From assembly GCA_039802265.1 (NCBI GenBank), contig JBDRWI010000037.1, forward strand, positions 1 through 23,188: a stretch of 23,188 nt of DNA, given 5' to 3'. This DNA comes from a candidate division WOR-3 bacterium (GTDB lineage Bacteria; Hydrothermota; Tepidihabitantia; SM23-42; JAOAFX01). The position numbers were made by a program, and so were the translations under genes. This document shows positions 8,804 through 18,041 of this stretch, in pieces; within the stretch, counting starts at the first letter, position 1, and every line of letters begins with the position of its first letter. The notes under the pieces are model-generated. The model saw only the letters and a list, made by a program, of their open reading frames with translations, was not told the DNA's origin and ran no database searches.

Positions 8804-9064
8804 ATGAAAAGACTCCTGTTTGTATTCCTTCTTGGGATTATCGTAATCGGTTGCGGTCCAAAATGGGCCAAGAAGGAAACGATGGATGCACTTAATGAGG
8901 CGAGGGCGGCACTGCAGGCGGCAGAGAATAGGATCACTGAACTTGAGGCAGAGAAGGCGCAATTAGAACAACAAAAGGCACAATTGAATCAGGAAATTTC
9001 TAATTTGAATAACGAGATCCAGGTGCTTCAGAATAAAATCGACACCCGTTGCAAGAAGAAATAA
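8804..9064 (+). CDS. Small coiled-coil lipoprotein
   Basis: AGGAGG at 8791-8796 points to ATG 8804; MKRLLFVFLLGIIVIG-C lipobox; heptad Leu pattern; ends TRCKKK. Confidence 0.85.
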   Translation: MKRLLFVFLLGIIVIGCGPKWAKKETMDALNEARAALQAAENRITELEAEKAQLEQQKAQLNQEISNLNNEIQVLQNKIDTRCKKK

Positions 9065-9077
9065 TCAGGAGGTAGCG

Positions 9078-9674
9078 ATGAGAAATCTGATAATATTAAT
9101 TCTGGCATTGTTTTTAGTGTTACCGAGCATCGGTGTTTCTCAGGAAAAATTGACCGAGGAGCAGGCACAGGCCGAGCTGGCAAATGTAAGGGCAAAACTT
9201 GCTCAGGCCGAATCCAGGATTGCCCAGCTTCAAGCGGAGATTGAGGCATTAAAATCAGAGATAGAAGGGCTGAAGGCACAAAAAGGAGAATTGGAGGCAA
9301 AACTCGCCGAACTAAAGGAAACCTGGCGGCGCTGCCAGTATGGTCGGTATAGAGTCGTTGAGGGAGACTGGCTTTCCAAGATTGCCAGCATGCGCAAGGT
9401 TTATAGCGATGGCAAAAAATGGCCAATGATTTATGAGGCAAACAAAGACAAAATCAAAAATCCCAATCTGATATACCCGGGGTGGATTTTGCTCATTCCC
9501 AATCTTGAAAACTACACAGTCCTGCCGGGTGATTGTCTCTGGCTCATTGCATCATATCTTTCAATATATTCGGATGCCAAGAGATGGCCCGAAATCTATG
9601 AGGCAAACAAAGACAAGATAAAAGACCCGGACCTGATCTATCCCAAGCAGGTATTTGTTATACCCCAGGAATAA
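9078..9674 (+). CDS. Exported coiled-coil protein with two LysM peptidoglycan-binding domains
   Basis: AGGAGG RBS; signal peptide; heptad coiled coil; YRVVEGDWLSKIA...IYEANKDKIKNPNLIYPGWILLIP and YTVLPGDCLWLIA...IYEANKDKIKDPDLIYPKQVFVIP. Confidence 0.92.
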   Translation: MRNLIILILALFLVLPSIGVSQEKLTEEQAQAELANVRAKLAQAESRIAQLQAEIEALKSEIEGLKAQKGELEAKLAELKETWRRCQYGRYRVVEGDWLSKIASMRKVYSDGKKWPMIYEANKDKIKNPNLIYPGWILLIPNLENYTVLPGDCLWLIASYLSIYSDAKRWPEIYEANKDKIKDPDLIYPKQVFVIPQE

Positions 9675-9678
9675 GGAT

Positions 9679-9726
9679 TAATAGCAGGTAGGAGAATTAT
9701 TGTTAGCAATTTCCTACCTGCTATTA
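9679..9726 (+). terminator. Perfect 15-bp inverted repeat after the LysM gene (terminator or mRNA-stabilising hairpin)
   Basis: TAATAGCAGGTAGGA (9679-9693) and TCCTACCTGCTATTA (9712-9726); no clear U-tract. Confidence 0.6.
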
Positions 9727-9747
9727 CTATTATATGAAAAAAAATAA

Positions 9748-10653
9748 ATGAAATCATTTATTTCAATCGGTGATATTGACCCTGCGATACTTCTGGGTCT
9801 TCAGGATGAATTGCTCAAAAAATTGAAAGAGAGATTTGGTGTAATTGCAGTAATGAGGGATGACACAATCTATCTAAAGGGAAATGAAGCCCAGATAAAG
9901 AATGCAAAATTATTTATCCAGGATATCATTAAAGATGTAACAGCAGGGAAATCAGTCAATTATGATTCAACAACGGAAAAGGCTGAAGTTGAAGAGGATT
10001 CAATTACTACACCCAAACGCCTGATAAAGGCAAAAAGCCCGGGTCAGGCAAATTATATAAGGGCAATTGATAACTACGACATTGTTGTGAGTATAGGTCC
10101 AGCCGGAACAGGCAAGACCTATCTCGGCGTAGCAAAGGCAGTTTCTTATCTTATGGATAAAAGGGTGGAAAGGATAATCCTTACCCGACCGGCTGTGGAA
10201 GCCGGCGAATCCTTGGGCTATCTTCCCGGGGCAATTGAGGAAAAGGTTGACCCATATCTAAGGCCACTCTACGACGCACTGAATGATTTTTTGCCCTTTG
10301 ATAGGGTAAGAAAATACCTTGATATGAAGGTGATTGAAGTTGCACCCCTTGCCTATATGCGGGGCAGAACCCTTAATGATGCCTTTATTATCCTTGATGA
10401 GGCGCAGAATACAACAAGTATGCAGATGAAGATGTTTCTAACCAGAATGGGATGGCGCTCAAAAATGGTGGTCACTGGTGATATTACGCAGATTGACCTT
10501 CCCTCAAATGTCTTTTCTGGACTCATTGAAATCCAGCATCTATTGAAGAATATAAAAGGCATAGAGTTTATTTACCTCACTGAGCAGGATGTAGTAAGAC
10601 ACCGAATTGTCCAGGAAATCATCCGCGCCTATGAAACTAAAAATTCCTCATAA
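9748..10653 (+). CDS. phoH: PhoH-family ATPase (YbeZ/PhoH-like)
   Basis: GPAGTGKTY, ILTRPAVEAGESLGYLPG, APLAYMRGRTL, ILDEAQN, VTGDITQIDL, DVVRH. Confidence 0.96.
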   Translation: MKSFISIGDIDPAILLGLQDELLKKLKERFGVIAVMRDDTIYLKGNEAQIKNAKLFIQDIIKDVTAGKSVNYDSTTEKAEVEEDSITTPKRLIKAKSPGQANYIRAIDNYDIVVSIGPAGTGKTYLGVAKAVSYLMDKRVERIILTRPAVEAGESLGYLPGAIEEKVDPYLRPLYDALNDFLPFDRVRKYLDMKVIEVAPLAYMRGRTLNDAFIILDEAQNTTSMQMKMFLTRMGWRSKMVVTGDITQIDLPSNVFSGLIEIQHLLKNIKGIEFIYLTEQDVVRHRIVQEIIRAYETKNSS

Positions 10654-12703
10654 ATATCTCACTCTTTTAGGCATATTTACGGTATTGAATCTTTTATTCC
10701 ATCCGCCGATAAGTCAAAAGAAATACAAAATCAAGGAAGGAGAAATTGCCAATTTTGATATTATCGCACCGTATGATTTTTACATTCCAAAAAATGAAGA
10801 AGAACTGCAAAAAGAACGGAACGAAATTGCCCGGAGGATTCCACCAATTTACATCCTGGACAATACCGTTGCCCCGAAGGTGAGTAAAATAATTTCAAAT
10901 CTTAGCCTTTTGATTGATTCATTAAAAGGTATCAAACCCAGAGATTCGCTCGTCTTCTTTATTCAAAGGGAGTATGCATTACCAACCGGTTGTGTAGAAT
11001 TCCTCCTAAGGTATGATTATAATAAATTATTAAAAAGAATTAACCAGAAACTTCAGGATTTGTATCATAAGGGAATCATTGATAAAAAAGAAGAAACCAA
11101 AAAAATAATCACAATCTTTAGTGGTGAAAAGGAAATGATTGAATCAAACGAAGAACTCCTTTCAATGGCGGAGGCTGAAAGTCTATTAAAAATTAACCTG
11201 CCCCGGGAACTGCATCAGGCTTTGAATATCTTTATCTTACCCAATGTAATCTACGATGACCAAAGAACCCAAAGAAGGATTGATGAGGTATTCTCAAACA
11301 TTCCAAGGACAAAAGGAATGGTCTTAAAGGGAGAAATAATCGTTGAAAAACATAAACGAGTAACCAGTGAGGCGCTGGAAAAAATCGCCGCCTTAGAAGA
11401 AACCTCCAAGACAAGCAGCGGATGGGAATTCATAAAGTCAATAATCTTACAGAATATCTTCTATTTCTCAATCATCCTTTTTCTGATTTATTTTAATCGG
11501 ACAAATAATCTAAATCTCTTTCAGATGCACAATCTAAATTATATCTGCGTATTAGCAGTTGCCTATATTATCATTTTAAAACTCACCTATGAGATCAACC
11601 TTTTTTATCTCTTACCGATCTCCTTCTTCACTATTCTCTTTTTTCTATACTTTAATTTTTTTGTAGCATTTGTCTTTACCTTTATATTTGCAATCCTGCC
11701 GGGTGTGATTTTTAATTCAATAAATCTCTCTTTTTATTTACTCGTCAGTGGAATAGTGGCAGCCTTTTCCAGCCAATCACTCAAATCACGGCTTTCCCTT
11801 TATCGTCCGATGTTCTACATTGCATTGGCGAACGCTATGGTTATTATCTTTATCCAGGCATATCTATTAAAAGAAAGAATAGCACCCATCAAACTGGGCG
11901 AGGGTTTTCTGAATGGAATTATCAGCGGTGTTGCGGTTGGTTTCTTCCTTCCCCTCTTTGAAAAACTATTTGATTTTACCACCGACTTGACCCTTTTGGA
12001 ACTCGGTAATTTGAATCTACCGATATTCAAGGAGATGGCAATCAATGCCCCGGGAACATACCACCACTCGGTCGTTGTGGGTAATCTTGCTGAAGCCGGG
12101 GCAACCGCCATCGGAGCGGATCCTATTCTGGCACGGGTCGGTGCCTATTATCATGACATTGGTAAATTAAAAAAACCGGAATACTTTATTGAGAACCAGA
12201 TTGGACAGAAGAATCCCCACGACCACTTAAAACCAAGGGTAAGTGCCCTGGTCATTATATCTCATGTCAAAGATGGTGTTGATATGGCAAACCGACTGAA
12301 GTTACCTAAGAAATTGATATCAATCATTGCCGAACATCATGGTACATCCAGGATTGAAACCTTCTATCGCAAGGCACTAAATTCTACTGAAGGAATAAGC
12401 GAAGATGCCTTTAGCTACCCGGGGCCGAAACCCAAGACAAAAGAGGCAGCACTGGTAATGCTTGCGGACAGCGTTGAGGCAACTGCCCGTGCCGAAAAGA
12501 ACATTACTGTCACTAAATTGCGAAAGATTTTAAAGGATAACTTTGATAAGAGATTCAGCGATGGCCAACTTGATGAATGCCCACTCAACCGCTATGACCT
12601 GGAACAGATAAAAGTTTCTTTCCTACCAATCCTTATGGGTATATTCCACCCGCGATTAGAATATGAAAATGGAGAAAAAGAGGCAAAATCTAACAAAGAT
12701 TAA
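10631..12703 (+). CDS. 7TM-HD phosphohydrolase, PgpH-like (probable c-di-AMP phosphodiesterase)
   Basis: N-terminal TM, extracytoplasmic domain, about 7 TM segments, then APGTYHHS, GAYYHDIGK, YFIENQ, EHHGT, YPGPKP, MLADSVEA. ATG 10631 preferred over the ORF-track start at 10607. Confidence 0.9.
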   Translation: MKLKIPHKYLTLLGIFTVLNLLFHPPISQKKYKIKEGEIANFDIIAPYDFYIPKNEEELQKERNEIARRIPPIYILDNTVAPKVSKIISNLSLLIDSLKGIKPRDSLVFFIQREYALPTGCVEFLLRYDYNKLLKRINQKLQDLYHKGIIDKKEETKKIITIFSGEKEMIESNEELLSMAEAESLLKINLPRELHQALNIFILPNVIYDDQRTQRRIDEVFSNIPRTKGMVLKGEIIVEKHKRVTSEALEKIAALEETSKTSSGWEFIKSIILQNIFYFSIILFLIYFNRTNNLNLFQMHNLNYICVLAVAYIIILKLTYEINLFYLLPISFFTILFFLYFNFFVAFVFTFIFAILPGVIFNSINLSFYLLVSGIVAAFSSQSLKSRLSLYRPMFYIALANAMVIIFIQAYLLKERIAPIKLGEGFLNGIISGVAVGFFLPLFEKLFDFTTDLTLLELGNLNLPIFKEMAINAPGTYHHSVVVGNLAEAGATAIGADPILARVGAYYHDIGKLKKPEYFIENQIGQKNPHDHLKPRVSALVIISHVKDGVDMANRLKLPKKLISIIAEHHGTSRIETFYRKALNSTEGISEDAFSYPGPKPKTKEAALVMLADSVEATARAEKNITVTKLRKILKDNFDKRFSDGQLDECPLNRYDLEQIKVSFLPILMGIFHPRLEYENGEKEAKSNKD

Positions 12704-13073
12704 TATATTCTCTTTGAATAGAAAATTGCCACTAAAAAAAAAGTTTATTAAAAATCTTATTTATAAAATTCTTAAAGATGAGGACCGCGATTTAAAAGAA
12801 ATCAATGTAATCTTTTCCAATAATAAACTATTAAAAGATCTAAATAGAAAATTTTTTAAGAAGAATAGACCAACGAATGTTATCTCCTTCAATCTCAATG
12901 ATATTGCTGAAATCTACATTTCCCAACAAATTGCAAAGAATAGCCAGGAACTTTTATTCTTTCTCATTCACGGTTTACTACATATCTGTGGTTATGACCA
13001 CAAAACTACTTCTGAGGAAAGATTGATGGAAAAGAGATGCTGGAAATACCTAAAAGATGAGCACTTATGTTAA
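12663..13073 (+). CDS. ybeY: rRNA maturation endoribonuclease YbeY
   Basis: LNRKF...PTNVISF and HGLLHICGYDH; position in the phoH operon. Confidence 0.92.
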   Translation: MKMEKKRQNLTKINIFSLNRKLPLKKKFIKNLIYKILKDEDRDLKEINVIFSNNKLLKDLNRKFFKKNRPTNVISFNLNDIAEIYISQQIAKNSQELLFFLIHGLLHICGYDHKTTSEERLMEKRCWKYLKDEHLC

Positions 13074-14047
13074 TATACCTCTTCCTTTTTTTCATCTTAA
13101 TGTGTGGCAGTGCCTTCTTCTCAGGGATGGAGGCAGCGATTTTCTCATTATCGCGCTTTCGCCTGAGGACGCTCGTCTTTGAAGGCAAGAAGGGTGCTCA
13201 AACCCTTTCAAAATTACGCAACAATCCACAAAGAACCCTGATTTCCATCCTTCTCTCCAATGACATCGTCAATATTGGTGCTGCCTCGGTGGGCACAATT
13301 ATTCTTACTGGTTTAGTAAATATATACCATTTAAGCAAAACCTGGGCATTTATAATGGAAATAATATTGATGACTGTTATTCTGCTTGTTATTGGTGAGA
13401 TTACGCCCAAGGTCATTGCCTATTCCAATTCAGAATTTTTCGCCTTACGCCTGGGCAAGATTATTGAAGTAATTTGCACGTTATTTATGCCTATTGCTAC
13501 CTTCGCGGAAAATCTCATCAATCGTATAACACAGAGAAAAAAAATAACATCAGTATCTGAAGAGGAAATAAGATTTATGCTCCGGGAAGCGGAAAAATCC
13601 GGTCTCCTTGATAAGAATGAAGAGTATCTGGCATTACAGATACTGAAATTTGGAAAAACAATGGTCAAAGAGGTGATGACTCCAAAAGAAAAGGTAGTAG
13701 CAATTGGCATTGGGACACCATTAAGCGAGGCACGCCGTGTTATTCAAAAGACCAGGCACTCCAGATTGTGTGTTCTTGACGAAAAAGGCAATGTGCAGGG
13801 TATCCTTTATGCCAAAGACTTTTTGTTAAACCCGGTTGATGATGAAGCAATGCCGGCAGCAAGATTTATGCGTAAACCATATTTTGTATCTGACTCCAAA
13901 CTTGTTGATGACCTATTATTGGAATTTCGTCGCCGCGGGGTCCATTTCGGCGCGGTAATAAGTGAAAAAAACGAATTCCTCGGTGTGATTACACTTGATG
14001 ATATCCTGAGATTTCTCTTTGGTGACATTATAAATACTTATTCTTAA
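13067..14047 (+). CDS. CNNM (DUF21)-CBS membrane protein (CorB/hemolysin family)
   Basis: SAFFSGMEAAIFSLS, GEITPKVIA, VKEVMTP, HSRLCV, GVITLDDIL; no C-terminal CorC_HlyC domain. Confidence 0.9.
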   Translation: MLIYLFLFFILMCGSAFFSGMEAAIFSLSRFRLRTLVFEGKKGAQTLSKLRNNPQRTLISILLSNDIVNIGAASVGTIILTGLVNIYHLSKTWAFIMEIILMTVILLVIGEITPKVIAYSNSEFFALRLGKIIEVICTLFMPIATFAENLINRITQRKKITSVSEEEIRFMLREAEKSGLLDKNEEYLALQILKFGKTMVKEVMTPKEKVVAIGIGTPLSEARRVIQKTRHSRLCVLDEKGNVQGILYAKDFLLNPVDDEAMPAARFMRKPYFVSDSKLVDDLLLEFRRRGVHFGAVISEKNEFLGVITLDDILRFLFGDIINTYS

Positions 14048-14049
14048 AA

Positions 14050-14976
14050 ATGTTCAAACTATTGATTCCTTTCTTCTTAATAATCCTGATCGGCATCTTC
14101 ACCGCCAGTGAAACTGCATTTTTGTGCATTGAAAAAATCAGACTGAAAAAGGCATACGATGAAAAAAAGACTTGGGCAAACCGAGTGTATCGGTTCACCC
14201 AAAAACCAAGTCAATTCTTCACAATGATTCTTGTCTGTGAGGACTTTTTGCTCGTACTTGGCTCAACAATCCTTGCCCAAGGAATAATTCAGACCTTTGG
14301 AAATAACTGGTTAGTAATCTCCACAATTATTATGTCACTGTTTTCCCTCATTGTTGGGCAATATCTTCCAAAGGCTATTGCCCTCAACAATCCTGAAAAA
14401 ATCCTTGCGATTTTGAGTGAGTTATTGCATTTAATATACACAATTCTGGCGCCCATAATCCTCCTCTTTTCAACCATTGCTACATTTATAGGCAATCTAT
14501 TCAAAAGACATACCAGTCTTGACCGATTACGATATCAGGATATTATCTTTGCGGTCAGCGAATATGAGAAAGACACAAGTCTTCTGGTATCCAGACTCTT
14601 CGTATTCTCAAGAATCAAAATTGGTGAAATTATGATACCAATCGGTATGGCATTATTATGTAGTAAGGATGATGACATTGCGTCGGTCTGTGCCCGGACC
14701 CAGCGTATATTCACCAGAATCCCGGTTTATGAAGGAAATGTAAATAACATTATTGGCGTTATTAATACAAAGGATTATTTCTACACCGGTAACTTAACAC
14801 TGGAACCACCTTTTTTTGTGAATATAAATGACCGCTGTATGGCGGTTTTTATAAAGATGCAAAAAGAGAATCAAAAGATGGGAATCGTTCAGGATGACAG
14901 GGGTAATGTCGTTGGTATAATCACGCTCTGGGATCTTATTGAAGAACTGGTTGGTGAAATAAGGGAAGAAGTATAA
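14050..14976 (+). CDS. Second CNNM (DUF21)-CBS membrane protein
   Basis: FTASETAFL, GQYLPKAIA, IGEIMIP, FTRIPVY, GIITLWDLIEELVGEI. Confidence 0.88.
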   Translation: MFKLLIPFFLIILIGIFTASETAFLCIEKIRLKKAYDEKKTWANRVYRFTQKPSQFFTMILVCEDFLLVLGSTILAQGIIQTFGNNWLVISTIIMSLFSLIVGQYLPKAIALNNPEKILAILSELLHLIYTILAPIILLFSTIATFIGNLFKRHTSLDRLRYQDIIFAVSEYEKDTSLLVSRLFVFSRIKIGEIMIPIGMALLCSKDDDIASVCARTQRIFTRIPVYEGNVNNIIGVINTKDYFYTGNLTLEPPFFVNINDRCMAVFIKMQKENQKMGIVQDDRGNVVGIITLWDLIEELVGEIREEV

Positions 14977-14979
14977 TCC

Positions 14980-15219
14980 TTAGAAAATCAAGTCTTTCAA
15001 CTTCGGTGGGACCAACTCAGGATTTGGATTAAGCTGTTTCAATTCTTTTATAAAAATCTCCTCTTTGGTGGGATTGGAGAGCATTTCATTAATTATAAAA
15101 TAGGACTTCTCCCTTAAACGACAGAACCCACCCTTGCCAAAAAATCTATCGTATTTGACAGCGATTGATAAGCGCGCACACAGTTCTTCAAAAAGTTTAA
15201 GTAGTTCAGTCTTTTTCAT
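14980..15219 (-). CDS. Small hypothetical protein
   Basis: 79 aa; its start codon lies at the 3' end of the J-domain gene (4-bp overlap), with GGAGG upstream; GKGGFCRL motif. Confidence 0.7.
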   Translation of the reverse strand: MKKTELLKLFEELCARLSIAVKYDRFFGKGGFCRLREKSYFIINEMLSNPTKEEIFIKELKQLNPNPELVPPKLKDLIF

Positions 15220-15863
15220 TTATTACCTCCAAAGAGTTTAGAAAAGAAACCTGATTTTTTATTAGCCAATCTTTCTATACCTTTCTTCGCGGCTACACTA
15301 TTTGGGTCCCAATTTAAGGCTTCATGAAAATTCGTTAGAGCCTCTTCTTTATTTCCTACAAATTCATAGGCAAGCCCAAGATTGACATAGACAATCGGAT
15401 TGAACATCAACTGTTTAGTCGCCTCTTTTAATTTTTCAAATCCTTCTTTCTGGTACTGACGAGTATAAACAAGGGCAAGTCCTAAATAGGAGAGATAAAT
15501 TGGGTCCGGTTTATACCGGCAGGCAATGCGTAATAGATTTACTGCACGCCAGGGGTCATTATTCTTTAAAAACTCTATTGCCCTTAAGAAAGCGTTTTTT
15601 GCCTGGACTTCCTGAGCCTCGTCTTTTGGTTTGACACCTTCCTGGAGTGATTTGTCATACTCTTCCTTTAACTTTTCGTCAGATAAAACCCGGTAGGCCG
15701 CAGTGATTCGGGCAAAAATCTCATTTGCCTTCTTCTTTTCCTCCACATCAGTAAATCGATCAGGATGGTACTGACGGGCAAGTCTCATATAGGCTTGTTT
15801 TATCTCATTTATTGTAGCGTTCATTGAAACACCCAAGATAACATAATAATTATCCATAGTCAT
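15216..15863 (-). CDS. DnaJ-domain plus TPR co-chaperone-like protein
   Basis: NYYVILGV...IKQAYMRLARQYHPDRF (HPD motif), AYRVLSD...YD; C-terminal TPRs. Confidence 0.9.
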   Translation of the reverse strand: MTMDNYYVILGVSMNATINEIKQAYMRLARQYHPDRFTDVEEKKKANEIFARITAAYRVLSDEKLKEEYDKSLQEGVKPKDEAQEVQAKNAFLRAIEFLKNNDPWRAVNLLRIACRYKPDPIYLSYLGLALVYTRQYQKEGFEKLKEATKQLMFNPIVYVNLGLAYEFVGNKEEALTNFHEALNWDPNSVAAKKGIERLANKKSGFFSKLFGGNK

Positions 15864-16140
15864 TTATAGTTAGTAGCAAAAACCGTGCCTGCAATAACAT
15901 TTAAAATCCAGTACAAAATAAAATGATTTATAATACCTTTTCCAAATCTCTTATAATTTAAGACAATGTTTTGCATAAAAGTATAACACATACTCATATT
16001 TACCTTCGTTCCTGGCTCCTTGTTTTTGTACCCGCTTAATCCCTTCACACCACACCTTTCAATCAAGTCTCTCAACTCCCAACCTCTAATCTTCATTCCA
16101 TTCCTTTATTCCAGTAATTAAACTTCCTTTTTTCCCAACT

Positions 16141-16168
16141 ATTATATCGATAATTTAGAAATTGTCAA
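16141..16168 (-). promoter_or_regulatory. Consensus sigma70-type promoter
   Basis: Minus strand TTGACA (16168-16163), 16 bp, TATAAT (16146-16141). Confidence 0.7.
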
Positions 16169-16170
16169 CT

Positions 16171-16452
16171 CTATTTTTGACCTTCGGATGTCAATCTATT
16201 TTTTAGTTCGTTTAGTCTTATCTCCGCATTACTGAAATTACAATCAAGGCACAGCGTCTTTTCGTACATCCGCTGTGCTTCAACAAATTTCCCTGCCCCT
16301 TCATAGGCAAGACCCAGATAGTAATAGATCTCCGGGTCATGGGGATTTATTCTCAATGCCTCGCTGAATTTCAAAATTGCCCTTTCGTATTCTTTATTTA
16401 AGAGATAAGACTGTCCAATTTCCAGTAAAACTTCAATTTCTCCTGATTCCAT
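16171..16452 (-). CDS. Small TPR protein
   Basis: AAGGAG upstream; two TPR units (YERAILKFSEALRINP; YYYLGLAYEGAGKFVEAQRMYEKTL). Confidence 0.85.
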   Translation of the reverse strand: MESGEIEVLLEIGQSYLLNKEYERAILKFSEALRINPHDPEIYYYLGLAYEGAGKFVEAQRMYEKTLCLDCNFSNAEIRLNELKNRLTSEGQK

Positions 16453-16468
16453 ACTCCTTCCCTTAATT

Positions 16469-17995
16469 TTAATGCCCTTTTTTTATTACTGTATCCCTCA
16501 AATATCGATCATCCTTATCGGGATACTCTTCAATAAAATGGAGGCCCCTTGACTCCTTTCGCATAAGACAGCATTCAACTATTAATCGGGCAACTTCAAG
16601 CATATTTCTTGATTCAGCATTTAGAAGATGGATACCTTCCTCAATGTGTCCATAGAATTCAGCAAGTTTCTCTCTTGCCTTTAGTAGTTCCTTCTCGCTC
16701 CTCAATACCCCTACATATCTGGACATTAATTCCTTAATTTGTATTTTAAAATCCGGACCGATTCGGCTGGCAATTTTCAAAGGCGGAACAGTTTTTATCT
16801 TGAGAGACTTTATATTTGACATCCTCTGGGCAGCGCGGGCGGAAAAGACAAGCGCCTCCAATAAAGAGTTTGAGGCAAGTCGGTTTGCTCCATGAACTCC
16901 GGTACAGGCACACTCACCAAGCGCAAATAATCTATTCACATTAGTTTCGCCCCAGGTATTTACCTTAATGCCACCGCATAGATAATGGGCCGCGGGCACG
17001 ACTGGAATTGGCTCACGCGTAATATCAATCCCCCAGCGATAGCAAGTCTCATAAATTGTAGGAAAACGATTCTTGATAAAATCGGGCTTTAAATGGGTAA
17101 CATCAAGGAGGACATAAGGGTCATTGTTCTTTTTCATTTCATTTATGCAGGCCCGGGCAACAATGTCACGAGGGGCAAGATTACCAAGGGGATGATATTT
17201 TTTCATAAAGGGTTTACCACTTTTTGTCTTGAGGATTCCTCCCTCACCCCTGACGGCCTCTGATATGAGAAAAGAACGACCATCAATCTTGATATTATAA
17301 ACCGCGGTTGGGTGGAATTGAACGAATTCCATATTTGCTATCGCAGCACCAGCCCGGTATGCCATAGCAATACCATCTCCGGTCGCAATGGGTGGATTGG
17401 TTGTATGAGAATAAACCTGACCGATGCCCCCGGTCGCCAGGACAGTCGCGGTGGCAAAAATTGATTCTATTCTTCTTGTATTGGCATCAAAATAATAAAG
17501 CCCGAGGCATTCATTATTTTTTATTATTAGGTCAAGGACTATCTCATTTTCACTTATTGAAATATTATGTCTTTTAGCTTCCTCGGTTAAAACTCTTTCT
17601 ATCTCCTGTCCTGTATAATCACGGGCATGGACAATCCTTCGTCTTGAATGCCCACCTTCCTGTCCTAAATCAAAATGTCCATTTTCTTTTACCGAAAACC
17701 GACATCCCATATCATACAATTCTTTAACGAGCTTTGGTCCCTCTCTTACCATTATCTCTACTGCCTCTCTGTGGCATAATCCATCACCTGCCCGGATTGT
17801 ATCCTCAATATGGTACTTGAAATCATCATCACTTCCAAAGACACTGGCTACCCCACCCTGGGCATAATTGGTATTGGACTCGACCTTACTCTTTTTGGTC
17901 AGCAGCAATACCTCACCGTATTTGGCTGATTTTATTGCAAATGTCAGTCCGGCTATACCCGAACCTACAACCAAAAAATCCACCCGTTTTGGCAT
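16469..17995 (-). CDS. nadB: L-aspartate oxidase
   Basis: VVGSGIAGL, SNTNYAQGGVA, EGGHSRRRIVH, MEFVQFHPT, LISEAVRGEG, PAAHYLCGG, GVHGANRLASNSLLE, ESRGLH. Confidence 0.96.
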   Translation of the reverse strand: MPKRVDFLVVGSGIAGLTFAIKSAKYGEVLLLTKKSKVESNTNYAQGGVASVFGSDDDFKYHIEDTIRAGDGLCHREAVEIMVREGPKLVKELYDMGCRFSVKENGHFDLGQEGGHSRRRIVHARDYTGQEIERVLTEEAKRHNISISENEIVLDLIIKNNECLGLYYFDANTRRIESIFATATVLATGGIGQVYSHTTNPPIATGDGIAMAYRAGAAIANMEFVQFHPTAVYNIKIDGRSFLISEAVRGEGGILKTKSGKPFMKKYHPLGNLAPRDIVARACINEMKKNNDPYVLLDVTHLKPDFIKNRFPTIYETCYRWGIDITREPIPVVPAAHYLCGGIKVNTWGETNVNRLFALGECACTGVHGANRLASNSLLEALVFSARAAQRMSNIKSLKIKTVPPLKIASRIGPDFKIQIKELMSRYVGVLRSEKELLKAREKLAEFYGHIEEGIHLLNAESRNMLEVARLIVECCLMRKESRGLHFIEEYPDKDDRYLRDTVIKKGH

Positions 17996-18001
17996 TTCGT
18001 A

Positions 18002-18029
18002 ATTTTACATAAAAGAAAATGTTTGTCAA
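18002..18029 (-). promoter_or_regulatory. Sigma70-type promoter for nadB, probably leaderless
   Basis: Minus strand TTGACA (18029-18024), 16 bp, TAAAAT (18007-18002); the ATG at 17995 follows after 6 intervening nt. Confidence 0.7.
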
Positions 18030-18041
18030 GCAGAATTATAA

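Noticed and set aside
9420..9645. Direct DNA repeat TATGAGGCAAACAAAGACAA
   Set aside because: Explained by the two LysM domains; not CRISPR or a mobile element.
16469..17995. Alternative call as SdhA/FrdA flavoprotein
   Set aside because: SNTNYAQGG lacks the covalent-FAD His, EGGHSRRRIVH is NadB-type, and no Fe-S subunit gene is adjacent.
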